From the IMG/VR virus record IMGVR_UViG_644736339_000001: 64,000 nucleotides of DNA; one strand, given 5' to 3'. Source of the DNA: a virus (lineage: Duplodnaviria; Caudoviricetes). Positions 41,948 through 51,190 of the stretch are shown here, in pieces; the first letter of the stretch is position 1, and each line of letters starts with the position of its first letter. The position numbers were made by a program, and so were the translations under genes. The notes beneath the pieces were generated by a model. That model had not been told where the DNA came from. It did no database searches and saw nothing but the letters and a program-made list of their open reading frames with translations.

Positions 41948-43122
41948 GCGGTCCGTCCCGTCATGCGCCGGAACTCGGCAAGGGCGGTGTCGCCGGAGGC
42001 AACGGCGCGGTCAGTGGTGGATGGGCGCGGGGCTGGGATGTTGGGGCGGAACTGGATGACGTTGTCGCTGTCGGCCTCGTCCGTGGCACCTGACGGCAGC
42101 GCAAGCTGCGCACCGGAGCTAGCGGCTTGGCGCCGGAGGATGGACTGGACCTCGTTGACGCAGGAGTCGATCTTTGCCGGGTCGAGTCCCTTGTTCTCCC
42201 AGGCCATGAATCCTTCGCGCACGATCTCGTAAGGGATTCCGTCGGCGAGAAGGGTTTTCAGTTCTTTTCCGACGCGCCCGATGATTCGCGACGAGGGCCG
42301 CTGCTTGCCGCGGTATTCAAGCCATTCGGCAACGAGGGTGGAGGCGCCGGGTCCTTTGGGCGCCGCTTCGCCGGGATCGTCGTCGCGCACCGCAGGTGCG
42401 GTTTCGAACAGCGCGACGGAAGCAGACTCGTCGGCTGGCGCGCCGAACGGTTCTGGTTCTAGTTCTGGAGCAGGTTCTGGAGCAGGTCTATGACTAGTGG
42501 CTACCGCTGCGGTATTGACACGGGTATCGGTAGCCCTGCCTTCGGGTACCTCAGGGGTATCGGTAGCCGTCCGATACCCTTCCGGTGGGGTATCGGCTGG
42601 GGGTCGGAACCCATCCGATCCGTCCGGTCCGTTGCCGCCGAGGATGACCCTCAATTGAGCAATCGACTTCTCAATCTTCGACCGGACTGAAGGTCCGCCA
42701 TTAAGCCCGGGGGAGTCGGACAATTCCCGAACCGGGATGCGGTCCAACTCGTCGTACAGCGCCCTCCGGAGCCGCGGCGACTCGATTTCATTCGCAGCCG
42801 AAACGACAGAGGCCATGACTTTCGGCTGCTTCCACGCCTCGTCGTTGCGGACGTAGGTGCGGATCAGCAGCTCGTTGGTGGACTCGTCCAGGACGACGTA
42901 GTGGCGCTGCTCCAGGCTCTTGATGGTGACCTCGACATCGTGCACCGAGAGGTCGTTGTTGACGTCGGCCCATCGACGCGGGGAGTACTCCAGCAGGCCG
43001 GCGCGGTTGAGCTTGGGCTGAAAGATCAACGTCCAGTACAGGTACTGCTCGGTGTGACTGAGTGCACGGAAGTCCTGGTCGCGCCAGATCCGCAGGTACA
43101 CAGCTCCGAAGGTGCGGGCCAT
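41944..43122 (-). CDS. Phage replication initiator (RepA-like)
   Basis: MARTFGAVYLRIWRDQDFRALS...QYLYWTL N-terminal wHTH; repeat-rich linker; helical C-terminal domain. Confidence 0.8.
   Translation of the reverse strand: MARTFGAVYLRIWRDQDFRALSHTEQYLYWTLIFQPKLNRAGLLEYSPRRWADVNNDLSVHDVEVTIKSLEQRHYVVLDESTNELLIRTYVRNDEAWKQPKVMASVVSAANEIESPRLRRALYDELDRIPVRELSDSPGLNGGPSVRSKIEKSIAQLRVILGGNGPDGSDGFRPPADTPPEGYRTATDTPEVPEGRATDTRVNTAAVATSHRPAPEPAPELEPEPFGAPADESASVALFETAPAVRDDDPGEAAPKGPGASTLVAEWLEYRGKQRPSSRIIGRVGKELKTLLADGIPYEIVREGFMAWENKGLDPAKIDSCVNEVQSILRRQAASSGAQLALPSGATDEADSDNVIQFRPNIPAPRPSTTDRAVASGDTALAEFRRMTGRTA
42450..42620. repeat. Iteron cluster, putative replication origin inside rep
   Basis: GGGTATCGG at 42522, 42555 and 42588 (33-bp period), inverted copy at 42571; GGTTCTGG repeats at 42450-42487. 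Confidence 0.7.
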
Positions 43123-44852
43123 TATTCACCTCCCAGGTGCGGCAGGTGGGCCGCGGCAACGAACGTGGACTGCGAGCGCGTGAGGCTCGGGTAGAGGTCG
43201 GCACTCTGGTAGGCGCCCGCGGCAACAGCGGCAGCGGTTACGTCCCCGACCGTGTGTGCCTTGCCGTCAGCGATGGACGAGAGGCATGCTCGGAGCGCTG
43301 CGCGGTCTCCTTCGCCCGGCCACGAGTGGCTGGATTCATTCCAGGAACGGGCCCAGTAGTCCTCGATGCGCTGGGTGGTAGCCTCCACGCCGATCAGCTC
43401 GGCCTCATTGGCGTCAAGTCCGAAGTGCATACGTGTCGTTGCGTGTGCGCCCGCGAATGACGCGGCAAGGGTGATTTTGTGATCCCAGGCGCCACTCGCG
43501 TGCAGTGTGCGGCAATCGGCCCACACGCTTTCGTGAACCGACCCTGGCGCGTCCAAGCCTGTCGCCTTGTACCACGCCCAGCCCCATGCGGAGACGGCCG
43601 GTTCGGTGGCGTAGTACGCCTCCGCATGAGCAGTTGCCTGTGGGAGGTTGCTGTTGCCTTCCGCGCCTGCGAACTCGGCAGCGCGCAGCAACTCATGAGC
43701 GTTCTCGGTCTTGCGGTAGGTGGCCAATGCGTAGTCGCGAACAGCGCAAGCTTCGGTGCTGCGGCGTCCAGGGGGAGGATGCTCCATGGCGTCCCGCCAC
43801 GACGCGCGCCAGGCCGCGACTACAGCTTCCGCTACGGCGCGTGCGGCGCGATCTTCGTCTGTGGGCAGCAGGTCTGCATCGATGACGCGGGATCCGAAAG
43901 GGCTGTCGATGATGGGTTCGGACGCTCGCTCAAGGACATCGTCAAGGGTCGAGAGGTAGGCGCCGATATCGGCGTGCCCGTCGCGAGCGGCCTGGTGAAC
44001 TGCATATCCGATGGAGAGCCTGTCGTAGCCGGCGCCGCTCGCCGCGCTTGCATAAGCGGCCAGCATGCGGCGGCAGTATGAGTTGGGTTCTTCGTCCTGG
44101 GACCACGCTTCTGCGAAGACGTCCGTGGCGTACTCGACGATGTTGCGATCATCCTGTCCGCCGTCGCAGTACTCGCATTGTCCGTCGCCTTGCTCATCCT
44201 GCGTTGTCGGCGAAGCCTGCATGGCGATGGCCTCGGTGCGGTCCTTCAGCTCCCGGAGAAGGCTCCAACAGCAGCCGGCAAAGTAGGCGAACCGGTCCTT
44301 GGCGGGAACGTAGGTTCGCCCGACAGCGGATGCGATGGCCTTGTCGATGAGCGTCAGCGGCAGCCCGAGGTCGAGCCACCGCCCGACGGACGCCTCCCAG
44401 CCCTCGGGAAGGATCGGTGCATGTCCGTGCCGCCCCTTGTAGGCGGCGACGTAGTTCTTCTTGACCTTGGCGATGTCCTTGGCGCGCTGCTTGCCCTCGG
44501 TCTCGGCTTCGGCGACTGCAACCGTCCACGCCATCTGCCAGCGCATGGCGTCTTCGCGTGCCTGCTCAACCAGTGGGGAGTCAGGGGCGGTGGACGTCTT
44601 GCCGCTGTTACAGGGCTCGCACGAGGCGACGAGGTTGGTGGCGTCGTCGGTGCCGCCGAGAGCGACAGGAACGACGTGGTCGACGCGCAGCGGGACGGTC
44701 GGTGCGGTGGCGCCGCAATACCGGCAGGTGTGATTGTCGCGCCGGAGGATTTCGTAGCGGAGGCGCTTGCTGACTGCCACCTGTGGTGCTCCTAGCTGAT
44801 TGGAAGTGGATCGGGAGGTCAGCGGTTCGTGATCCGCCTGCGCAAGGTTCAT
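43122..44852 (-). CDS. HNH endonuclease with long repeated helical C-terminal region
   Basis: RYEILRRDNHTCRYCG...VDHVVPVALGGTDDATNLVASCEPCNSGK; start may be ~44780. Confidence 0.85.
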   Translation of the reverse strand: MNLAQADHEPLTSRSTSNQLGAPQVAVSKRLRYEILRRDNHTCRYCGATAPTVPLRVDHVVPVALGGTDDATNLVASCEPCNSGKTSTAPDSPLVEQAREDAMRWQMAWTVAVAEAETEGKQRAKDIAKVKKNYVAAYKGRHGHAPILPEGWEASVGRWLDLGLPLTLIDKAIASAVGRTYVPAKDRFAYFAGCCWSLLRELKDRTEAIAMQASPTTQDEQGDGQCEYCDGGQDDRNIVEYATDVFAEAWSQDEEPNSYCRRMLAAYASAASGAGYDRLSIGYAVHQAARDGHADIGAYLSTLDDVLERASEPIIDSPFGSRVIDADLLPTDEDRAARAVAEAVVAAWRASWRDAMEHPPPGRRSTEACAVRDYALATYRKTENAHELLRAAEFAGAEGNSNLPQATAHAEAYYATEPAVSAWGWAWYKATGLDAPGSVHESVWADCRTLHASGAWDHKITLAASFAGAHATTRMHFGLDANEAELIGVEATTQRIEDYWARSWNESSHSWPGEGDRAALRACLSSIADGKAHTVGDVTAAAVAAGAYQSADLYPSLTRSQSTFVAAAHLPHLGGE

Positions 44853-44984
44853 GTGCTCTGCGGCCTACTCGATTTTGCCACAGGCCGTTTGGTGATTACA
44901 GTAGACCATATGAGATGTGAGAAGGGTAGCCACAGCCCGATGGGTCGCTTGGTTTTGCCAAAGGGGACGTGCGAACATGGCCCC

Positions 44985-45275
44985 GTGGCGCACTACGACT
45001 CCGATGACCCCCGCCTGGAGCCGGTAGCTGCTGCCCTGGCGGCGGTGAAGCGCGCCGAGAAGCAGTTGGCGGCCAAGAAGGACCAGCTTGCCGGCGCTGT
45101 CGCTGATGCCGTCCGAGCCGGTGTGCGTCCGTCGGCGATCGTGAAGAAGACCGAGTACTCCGCCGAGTCGATCCGGCAGATGCTGCGCGCGAAGGAAGTC
45201 GATCCGCTCCGCCCGCCGACGGTCACCAGCATCCGGAAGCTGCAGGAGCTTCAGGACGCCCGCGACGAGTCCTGA
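44985..45275 (+). CDS. Small HTH regulator, opposite to the main operon
   Basis: AVRAGVRPSAIVKKTEYSAESIRQML; upstream repeats TGCCACAG/AGCCACAG/TGCCAAAG. Confidence 0.75.
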   Translation: MAHYDSDDPRLEPVAAALAAVKRAEKQLAAKKDQLAGAVADAVRAGVRPSAIVKKTEYSAESIRQMLRAKEVDPLRPPTVTSIRKLQELQDARDES

Positions 45276-45280
45276 CCTGG

Positions 45281-46124
45281 TCACGCTGTACCACCCGCAC
45301 CCTGCTCGCCGACTACCTCGTACTCATCGGCGATCTTCTCGGCCCTGATTGGGTAGAAGCCGTCGGTGTCGCGCGCGATCCACATGCCGACTCGCACCGG
45401 GATCTGGATGCGGTAGCGCTGGTTGTAGACAGTGGCAACGAACCGCGGATCGCCAAGCCAAGCTGGCGGCTCAGCGGCTTCAAACTGGCCGTTCGTGAAC
45501 GCGTTGATCTCGTTGTGGTTAGTGCCGTCGAAGCGGATAGCTTCGATCTCGGGTGCCTTCTTGCGGAACCGCTGGACCTCAGGCATCGCCGGCCACCGCC
45601 TCGCCACCCCGGCTGAAATACGGCCGCACATAGAACCGCCCCGGCCAGCTGATCCGCATGGCGCCGCCGTTGTGTAGCTTGAGGAACTCGTCGCGCTGCG
45701 CCGGCGTCAGGTGCTGGTAGTAGAGCTTGGCGACGGTGCGGCCGGTCATGATGGGCGCTTCGTACTGTCCCCAGTGCGCGTTGGCAGCGGCGGTGGCTTC
45801 GTCTTCGCTACCGCCTTCGTCCAGCTTGAGCTGCCGCACCGCCTGCCAGGTGATGCTGCCGGCCTTGATGCGCTCGATCTCCTCCGGCGTGTACAACGCG
45901 TCGAGATAGGCCTTCGTCGGCTTGTCTGTTGGCTCGACGATCCAGCCCTCGCGGACCTTCGCCAGGAACACGTCGGGGTCCAGGCTGCCGCAGTAGGAGC
46001 AGCACGGTCCGATGCCGTTGGTGATGCTTGGGTAGTCGGTCCAGGTGTCGGGGCCTGCGCTTTGGTGGACGCTTTCGGCGCGGCGGGGGCACCAGAGTTG
46101 TCCGGTGTCGGGGGTGGGGTTCAC
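45281..46124 (-). other. Two phage hypotheticals (45579-46124; 45281-45586 RFRKK.PEIEAIRFDG)
   Basis: 8-nt ATGCCTGA overlap. Confidence 0.7.
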
Positions 46125-46189
46125 GGCGGTCTCCATGAGGGAAGGGAGAGCCGGGCGCGGCGTGAGGGACCGCGCCCGGAGCGAATGGG

Positions 46190-47029
46190 TCAGTCGCTTC
46201 CGCGCTCGGCGCGCCATGGCGGCAGGGCGCCGGTACGGCGGTGGGAGTTGTAGAGCCGCACGATGCATTCGGCAACGCAGGACCCGACGGTGCCGCCGGC
46301 GAAGTTGTGCAGTCCGCGGGCGTCGGCGAGAAGACCCATGGCACCACCACGGTGTTGGGCGAGCTTCCGTACCAGCCCGGCGGTGTCGATGATGTTCGAG
46401 TGGCGGTTGATGACGCCGCCGATGCCGCGCAGGATCTGTCCGTTGGCCGCGTCGGCGCTGTGTCCCCACGCTTCGGTGGCGATGGCGAGGGTCGCCTCGA
46501 GGGTGGCGCCGCGGTAGCCGGTTTCGTCGAGGGGGCTGGCCTTCCAGATGGCTTCGAGGGCTGCGACGGCGGCGATGCGCTTGTCGGCGACGAAGTAGGA
46601 CAGTTCCCAGCCGGCCTTGGTGACGATGTTGTTGATGGCGACGGCGTCGGAGTCTCCGGCGGTGATGCGGGCGGCGAACTTGTGGAACGATCCGACCTGC
46701 CGGTTGTCGTTGTGTCCCAGGAACAGGGTGGCCTCTTCTGCCTTGGTCAGGCCGGTGAAGATGCGGCATTCGATCTTCTGGTCGCCCCAGCCGACGCGCC
46801 GGCACAGTTCGATGCGGTTCTGGCCGTCGAGGCATGCGAAGGTGCCGTTGGCGCGGGCGGAGACGATCGGGACGCCGAGTTTGTCGGCGTCGAAGGTGTT
46901 GACTCGCTTGTCGACCCAGGTGAAGTCGACGGGTCGGGTGTTGACGTCGTGGTCCGTGTGGATCTTGTTGATGGGGACCCAGTCGATCGTGGACGCGTGC
47001 TGATTCAGGACGGGCTCAGGCGTTACCAT
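46190..47029 (-). CDS. DUF6551 / ParB-like protein
   Basis: FDADKLGVPIVS...LDGQNR...EEATLFLGHN. Confidence 0.75.
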   Translation of the reverse strand: MVTPEPVLNQHASTIDWVPINKIHTDHDVNTRPVDFTWVDKRVNTFDADKLGVPIVSARANGTFACLDGQNRIELCRRVGWGDQKIECRIFTGLTKAEEATLFLGHNDNRQVGSFHKFAARITAGDSDAVAINNIVTKAGWELSYFVADKRIAAVAALEAIWKASPLDETGYRGATLEATLAIATEAWGHSADAANGQILRGIGGVINRHSNIIDTAGLVRKLAQHRGGAMGLLADARGLHNFAGGTVGSCVAECIVRLYNSHRRTGALPPWRAERGSD

Positions 47030-47999
47030 TGGCGTACTCCTTGATCTTGTTGTGGAGGCCTCTCAGAACGCGGGAGGCGTTGGAGAGGTCGCGCTCGAAG
47101 GACGCGGCCTCTTCGCGTGTCATGGCCGGGTCGATGCTGTTAATCGACGCGAGGCCGTGGCACAAGCCGGTGAGGGCGGACAGTCCCTTCGCGAGCGCTT
47201 CACGCTGGTCGATCCGCATGGTGCGCACCTTCACCAGGGGCTCCTGAAGCGCCGCCTTGTCACCCTTGGCGACGTTGTCCAGGGGCTCCTGGATGTGCCG
47301 GTAGGTGCCGACCCAGTTCTTGTAGATGCGGGCGGTGGACAGGCGTACCCGCAGCCCGGGGACTCGGATCTCCTCGCCGGCGTAGACCCGATCGACCAGC
47401 TCCAGCGCTTCGCGTGCCGCGTTGCGTGCATCCGGCGCGATCGTGCTGGTGTCGTAGCCGCCCGGTGTTGATTGGACGCCAGCTGCTGCCAGAACAAGGG
47501 TCTTGACTCTGCTGTAGTGGTGCTCCGGCATCTGGATGATCTCCGAGGCCAGTGCGCGCAGGTTGACGCGGATGTCGTCGGGGAGGGTGCTGTGTCCGTG
47601 GGCGCGGTTGGCCACCGCCAGTTCGTGGCCGTGCTCTTCGATCCGCATACCGAGGCGCGTCAGCTCGGTCGCGGACATCGGCAGCGAGTGCGGGCCGTTG
47701 TTGTGTTCGGCGCGGATGAGGTCGATGGCGTGGGCGCCGTTAGCTGCGACGATGACCGGTACCCGCTCCCAGCCGAGGTTCCGGCAGGCGCGCAGTCTGC
47801 GCTCGCCGGCGATGAGCTGTCCATCCGCGGTGACGGGTATTGGCGTCAGCAGTCCCGCCACGCGGATGGAGCGCTGGAGATCTCGCAGCTTTCCGAGGTC
47901 TTTGCGGCAGCGGGTGCCGATGGTGATGTTGGCGATGGGCATGGTGGGCTGGGCGAGCGCCGTGTCAGCGGGGTGAGCGGCTTGAGCTGTCATGGTCAT
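47016..47999 (-). CDS. ParB N-terminal domain protein
   Basis: LQRSIRVAGLLTPIPVT...LIAGERRLRACRNLG. Confidence 0.85.
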   Translation of the reverse strand: MTMTAQAAHPADTALAQPTMPIANITIGTRCRKDLGKLRDLQRSIRVAGLLTPIPVTADGQLIAGERRLRACRNLGWERVPVIVAANGAHAIDLIRAEHNNGPHSLPMSATELTRLGMRIEEHGHELAVANRAHGHSTLPDDIRVNLRALASEIIQMPEHHYSRVKTLVLAAAGVQSTPGGYDTSTIAPDARNAAREALELVDRVYAGEEIRVPGLRVRLSTARIYKNWVGTYRHIQEPLDNVAKGDKAALQEPLVKVRTMRIDQREALAKGLSALTGLCHGLASINSIDPAMTREEAASFERDLSNASRVLRGLHNKIKEYANGNA

Positions 48000-48430
48000 G
48001 TCTGGGTGCTCCTTTGCGGATCAGCGGCAGGGCCCGTGCCGCACCTTTCGGCCACCAGAGGCAGCAGGACATCGACGTGGCAGGCAGTTCCCGGAGCGCA
48101 CCAGCAGCAGAGGTCCTTGCCTGCCAGCGCGGGCAGGTGTTCGAGAATCCGGCGCCGCCGTAGCTCGAGCTCGACAGCGAACAGGTCGCCCTTGAGCCAC
48201 GCGCCGTACAGGTGGACGGCGAGTTCCTGTGCCTCAGCCCGGGTGGTAAGGCTGCCCAGCTCGTCGAACTGCTGTCGGCTAAGGGGCTCGTAGATGTACC
48301 AGCCGACGCTGCCCTTGGTGACGCTGAATGGATTGCCCCAGGGGCCCGGTCGGGATACGACGACGGCGCCTTCGGGCTTGCGCCAGCCCTTCTGCCGGGA
48401 CAGCTGGATACGGCGCGGGAGCTCAGGCAT
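47996..48430 (-). CDS. DUF4326 domain protein
   Basis: RIQLSRQKGWRKP...VSRPGPWGNPF...LAGKDLCCWC...CHVDVL. Confidence 0.85.
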   Translation of the reverse strand: MPELPRRIQLSRQKGWRKPEGAVVVSRPGPWGNPFSVTKGSVGWYIYEPLSRQQFDELGSLTTRAEAQELAVHLYGAWLKGDLFAVELELRRRRILEHLPALAGKDLCCWCAPGTACHVDVLLPLVAERCGTGPAADPQRSTQT

Positions 48431-48978
48431 CGCACCCCACCCCCCACCCGGTACGGCTCGAGCGGCGTATCTCCGTGGATGTACAGCGGATGCTTCGGCT
48501 GCCCGTTGGCGGTGGTGCCGAGGCATAGCAGCGACACGCCGGCGTCGGCGAGCATGTCGGCGACTTGCGGTCCGCGGTTGTTGGGCGCGGCCGGCGTGCC
48601 TACGCCGAGGGTTCCCCAGGCGGTGATGACGGAGGTGCGTCCGCCGGCCTGTTCGCGCAGGAACTGGTCGCCGAGGGGTCCGATCGGGTCGGGGTGGGTC
48701 CACAGCGCGTCGGGATTGGTGGAGCGCAGGCTGTAGAGGTTGACCACAGCCAGGGCGCCGTAACCGGCGCGTCGCGAGAAGTGAATACACCTCTTGATGG
48801 TGTTATCGGCTCGAAACGCGTCTGCCGTGCTCGGATTGAGCATGACCCAGCAGATGCTTGGCCCCGGAGCCCACCGGCGGGACAGGAAGTACCGGTAGCT
48901 GCCGTCAGGGCTGAACGCGGCCTTGTCGGCGCCTGCAGTGTGGTCATGGCGCTCGGATACGAATGGGGTGTTAGGCAT
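48423..48978 (-). CDS. DUF1643 domain protein (3' end ambiguous)
   Basis: AFSPDGSYRYFLSRRW, WVMLNPSTAD, VVNLYSLRST, GQPKHPLY; as sequenced it reads through to 47965. Confidence 0.85.
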
Positions 48979-49405
48979 GTTGATCTCCTCCTCGGAGAAA
49001 GCGCCGGCGCCGGGCTGGTGGAGCAGCCTGCTGCTGTGCTGCGTCGAGCTGCCGCTGCTGCTCTTCGTTGGCTAGCGCGAGTTCGCGGACGTGGGCTGTG
49101 AGCCGCAGGATCTTGTCGTCCCTGGTCTCGGCGGTGGCGCGCAGCGAGGCAATGAGTGCGTCGCGGTTTCGCAGCCGCGCCTCGAATTCGGTCCGGGCCT
49201 GGACCAGGTCCTTCGTGGCCTGACTCGCCATCTGCATCGCAATGTCGCGCTCTTCTTGCGCACGGTCACGTTCGCCTCGTGCGCTGTCGCGCTCCTCGGC
49301 GAGCCGGGCTGCAGTTACTTGCAGGCCCCTGATGAGGTCGGCGGCGTGGTCTTCGATCTCGTGGATGCAGTCGAAGACGTCGGTGCTGGACGGGGTGGCG
49401 GTCAT
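48971..49405 (-). CDS. Coiled-coil hypothetical protein
   Basis: Heptad pattern; overlap-coupled. Confidence 0.65.
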   Translation of the reverse strand: MTATPSSTDVFDCIHEIEDHAADLIRGLQVTAARLAEERDSARGERDRAQEERDIAMQMASQATKDLVQARTEFEARLRNRDALIASLRATAETRDDKILRLTAHVRELALANEEQQRQLDAAQQQAAPPARRRRFLRGGDQHA

Positions 49406-49622
49406 GAGACACCTCCGCTCGCAGCCGGCTCGACGAGCCCGAGCACGTCCAGCAACATGCGGGCGTCCTCGTTGTCCACGGCACGAGAGGCGACGTTGCG
49501 GATGGCGCGGTCAAGAACCTCTGAGGGCAGCTCGATGGTGGTCCACTGGAGCTCGGGAATGTTCTCGCCGACGGTCGACTTCCGGTCCGCGTCGGGGCCG
49601 GGCTTCAAGTTCTCGGTGAGGC

Positions 49623-50387
49623 TCATGCCGATACCCTCCGAACGCCAGCAGCGCGCTTCGCTCTGCGTTCGGCATTGGCTTCGGACTCCGCGTCCCGGCA
49701 CGGCTGGCACTGCGGAATGCCGCGGCTCCTGTGAATCCAGTAGCCACTGGTCGAGCCGCAGTGTCCGGTGAAGTCCGGGAACGCCTTCGGGTCGGACATG
49801 TCGATGCCGTCCCAAGCAGCAGGCGGTGCCCACCCTTCGCGTGTGGCGCGGTTGGCGGACCGCGATGATGCGCCGACGGAGTCGGACAGCTGTCCGTAGA
49901 CGTTGCGTATCGCAACTGCGGTGGATGCCCGGATGCTGTTGCGGCGCCCGTTGGCGAGTTCCGAAACAAGCGACCTGTCCAGGCCGGACGCCGCAATGAT
50001 TGCGCTCAGAGGATGCTTGGCGGCGATCAGTGCGCGAACCTGTCGGGTGGCACAGAGCGCCGGAATGTTGGCGGTGAGTTCCGCATCTGCGGCGGCAAGG
50101 ATCCGATCGCGGGTGCTCTGCCACACGCCTTTGCGAGTGCCGTTGAGGATCCGTTGCACTGTGGTGCGGTCACAGCCTGCGGCCTTCGCGACGGACTTGA
50201 CGCTGGCGCCGCCATCGAGGAGCTCACGCAGGTGAGGGATGATCGTGTCCGGTTGGGTTTTGAGGGACCCGTACAACTTGCGGCGCTTGCGGTCGCGACG
50301 GTCGGCGGCTAGGCAGCATTCCTTTCGGCACCCGCGGCGGTAGCGTGCGCGGGTGCCGTGCGGCGCGAGCGGCTTGGTGGCGGTCAT
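49623..50387 (-). CDS. Zn/HTH DNA-binding protein, paralog A
   Basis: HGTRARYRRGCR..CC, two HTH-like segments, WAPPAAWDGIDMSDP.AFPDFTGHCG. Confidence 0.75.
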   Translation of the reverse strand: MTATKPLAPHGTRARYRRGCRKECCLAADRRDRKRRKLYGSLKTQPDTIIPHLRELLDGGASVKSVAKAAGCDRTTVQRILNGTRKGVWQSTRDRILAAADAELTANIPALCATRQVRALIAAKHPLSAIIAASGLDRSLVSELANGRRNSIRASTAVAIRNVYGQLSDSVGASSRSANRATREGWAPPAAWDGIDMSDPKAFPDFTGHCGSTSGYWIHRSRGIPQCQPCRDAESEANAERRAKRAAGVRRVSA

Positions 50388-51190
50388 GCCGCACGCCCGA
50401 TCGCCTTGGCCCGAGCAGCCGTTTCGGCCGTCTCGCACGGCCAGCACGCGGGGACGTTCTGCTGCTGGTGCCGGGTGAAGCCCTCGACGGTGCCGCACGC
50501 CCCGGTCCAGTCCGGGAACGCCGCGGCGTCGTCAATGTCCCTGCCGTCCCAAGTGGCGGGTTTGGCCCACCGGTTACGTTCGGCCAGGAGGACCGCACGC
50601 AGGCGGCTGGTCCCGGACACGCCGTACACCAACGGGTCGGCGTTCTCCAGCAGCAAGTACAGCGCGGCGATTGCGCGGGCTTTCCCCGCGGTGATCTGCC
50701 GCTGCTTCACCGACGCGATCAAATTCGAGCCGCTCATGCCGATGCGGGCGCCGAGGTGTTCTTGTGGCCAGCCGATGGCAACAAGCGCTTGGACCCTGCG
50801 GGCCGAACCGGTGCAGTCAATGTCGATGCCGTCGGCCAGCGCAAACGGTCCGGGGCGCACGGCCATCAACTTCACGGCAATCTCCGGGCGCATCCGCGTC
50901 GTCGGCGCCAGACCCTTAGCCGGGGCGCCGTACAGAATCCGCGTCAGAGTGTTGCCGGACACGCCGGACAGTTGAGCGATGCGGCGCTGCCCGATGCCGC
51001 AGCGGCGCAGGTTGTTGACATGGTCGCGGACCGGCTGGGCGTCGACGAACGGCCGCCAAGTGCCGTAGGCGATGGCGCGTTCGCGACGGTCGTTGTATTC
51101 GGCGACGGCCCAGCAGCGGGTGTAGCAGCGGCAGCCGTCGGCCTTGTAGCGGGTGTAGCCGTGGGGGCGCTCGGTGGCGATGGCGGTCAC
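50384..51190 (-). CDS. Zn/HTH DNA-binding protein, paralog B
   Basis: HGYTRYKADGCRC..C, RRIAQLSGVS, WAKPATWDGRDIDD.AAFPDWTGACG. Confidence 0.75.
   Translation of the reverse strand: MTAIATERPHGYTRYKADGCRCYTRCWAVAEYNDRRERAIAYGTWRPFVDAQPVRDHVNNLRRCGIGQRRIAQLSGVSGNTLTRILYGAPAKGLAPTTRMRPEIAVKLMAVRPGPFALADGIDIDCTGSARRVQALVAIGWPQEHLGARIGMSGSNLIASVKQRQITAGKARAIAALYLLLENADPLVYGVSGTSRLRAVLLAERNRWAKPATWDGRDIDDAAAFPDWTGACGTVEGFTRHQQQNVPACWPCETAETAARAKAIGRAA

Noticed and set aside
46190-47999. ParABS partition system
   Set aside because: No ParA ATPase or parS array seen, and an integrase is present.
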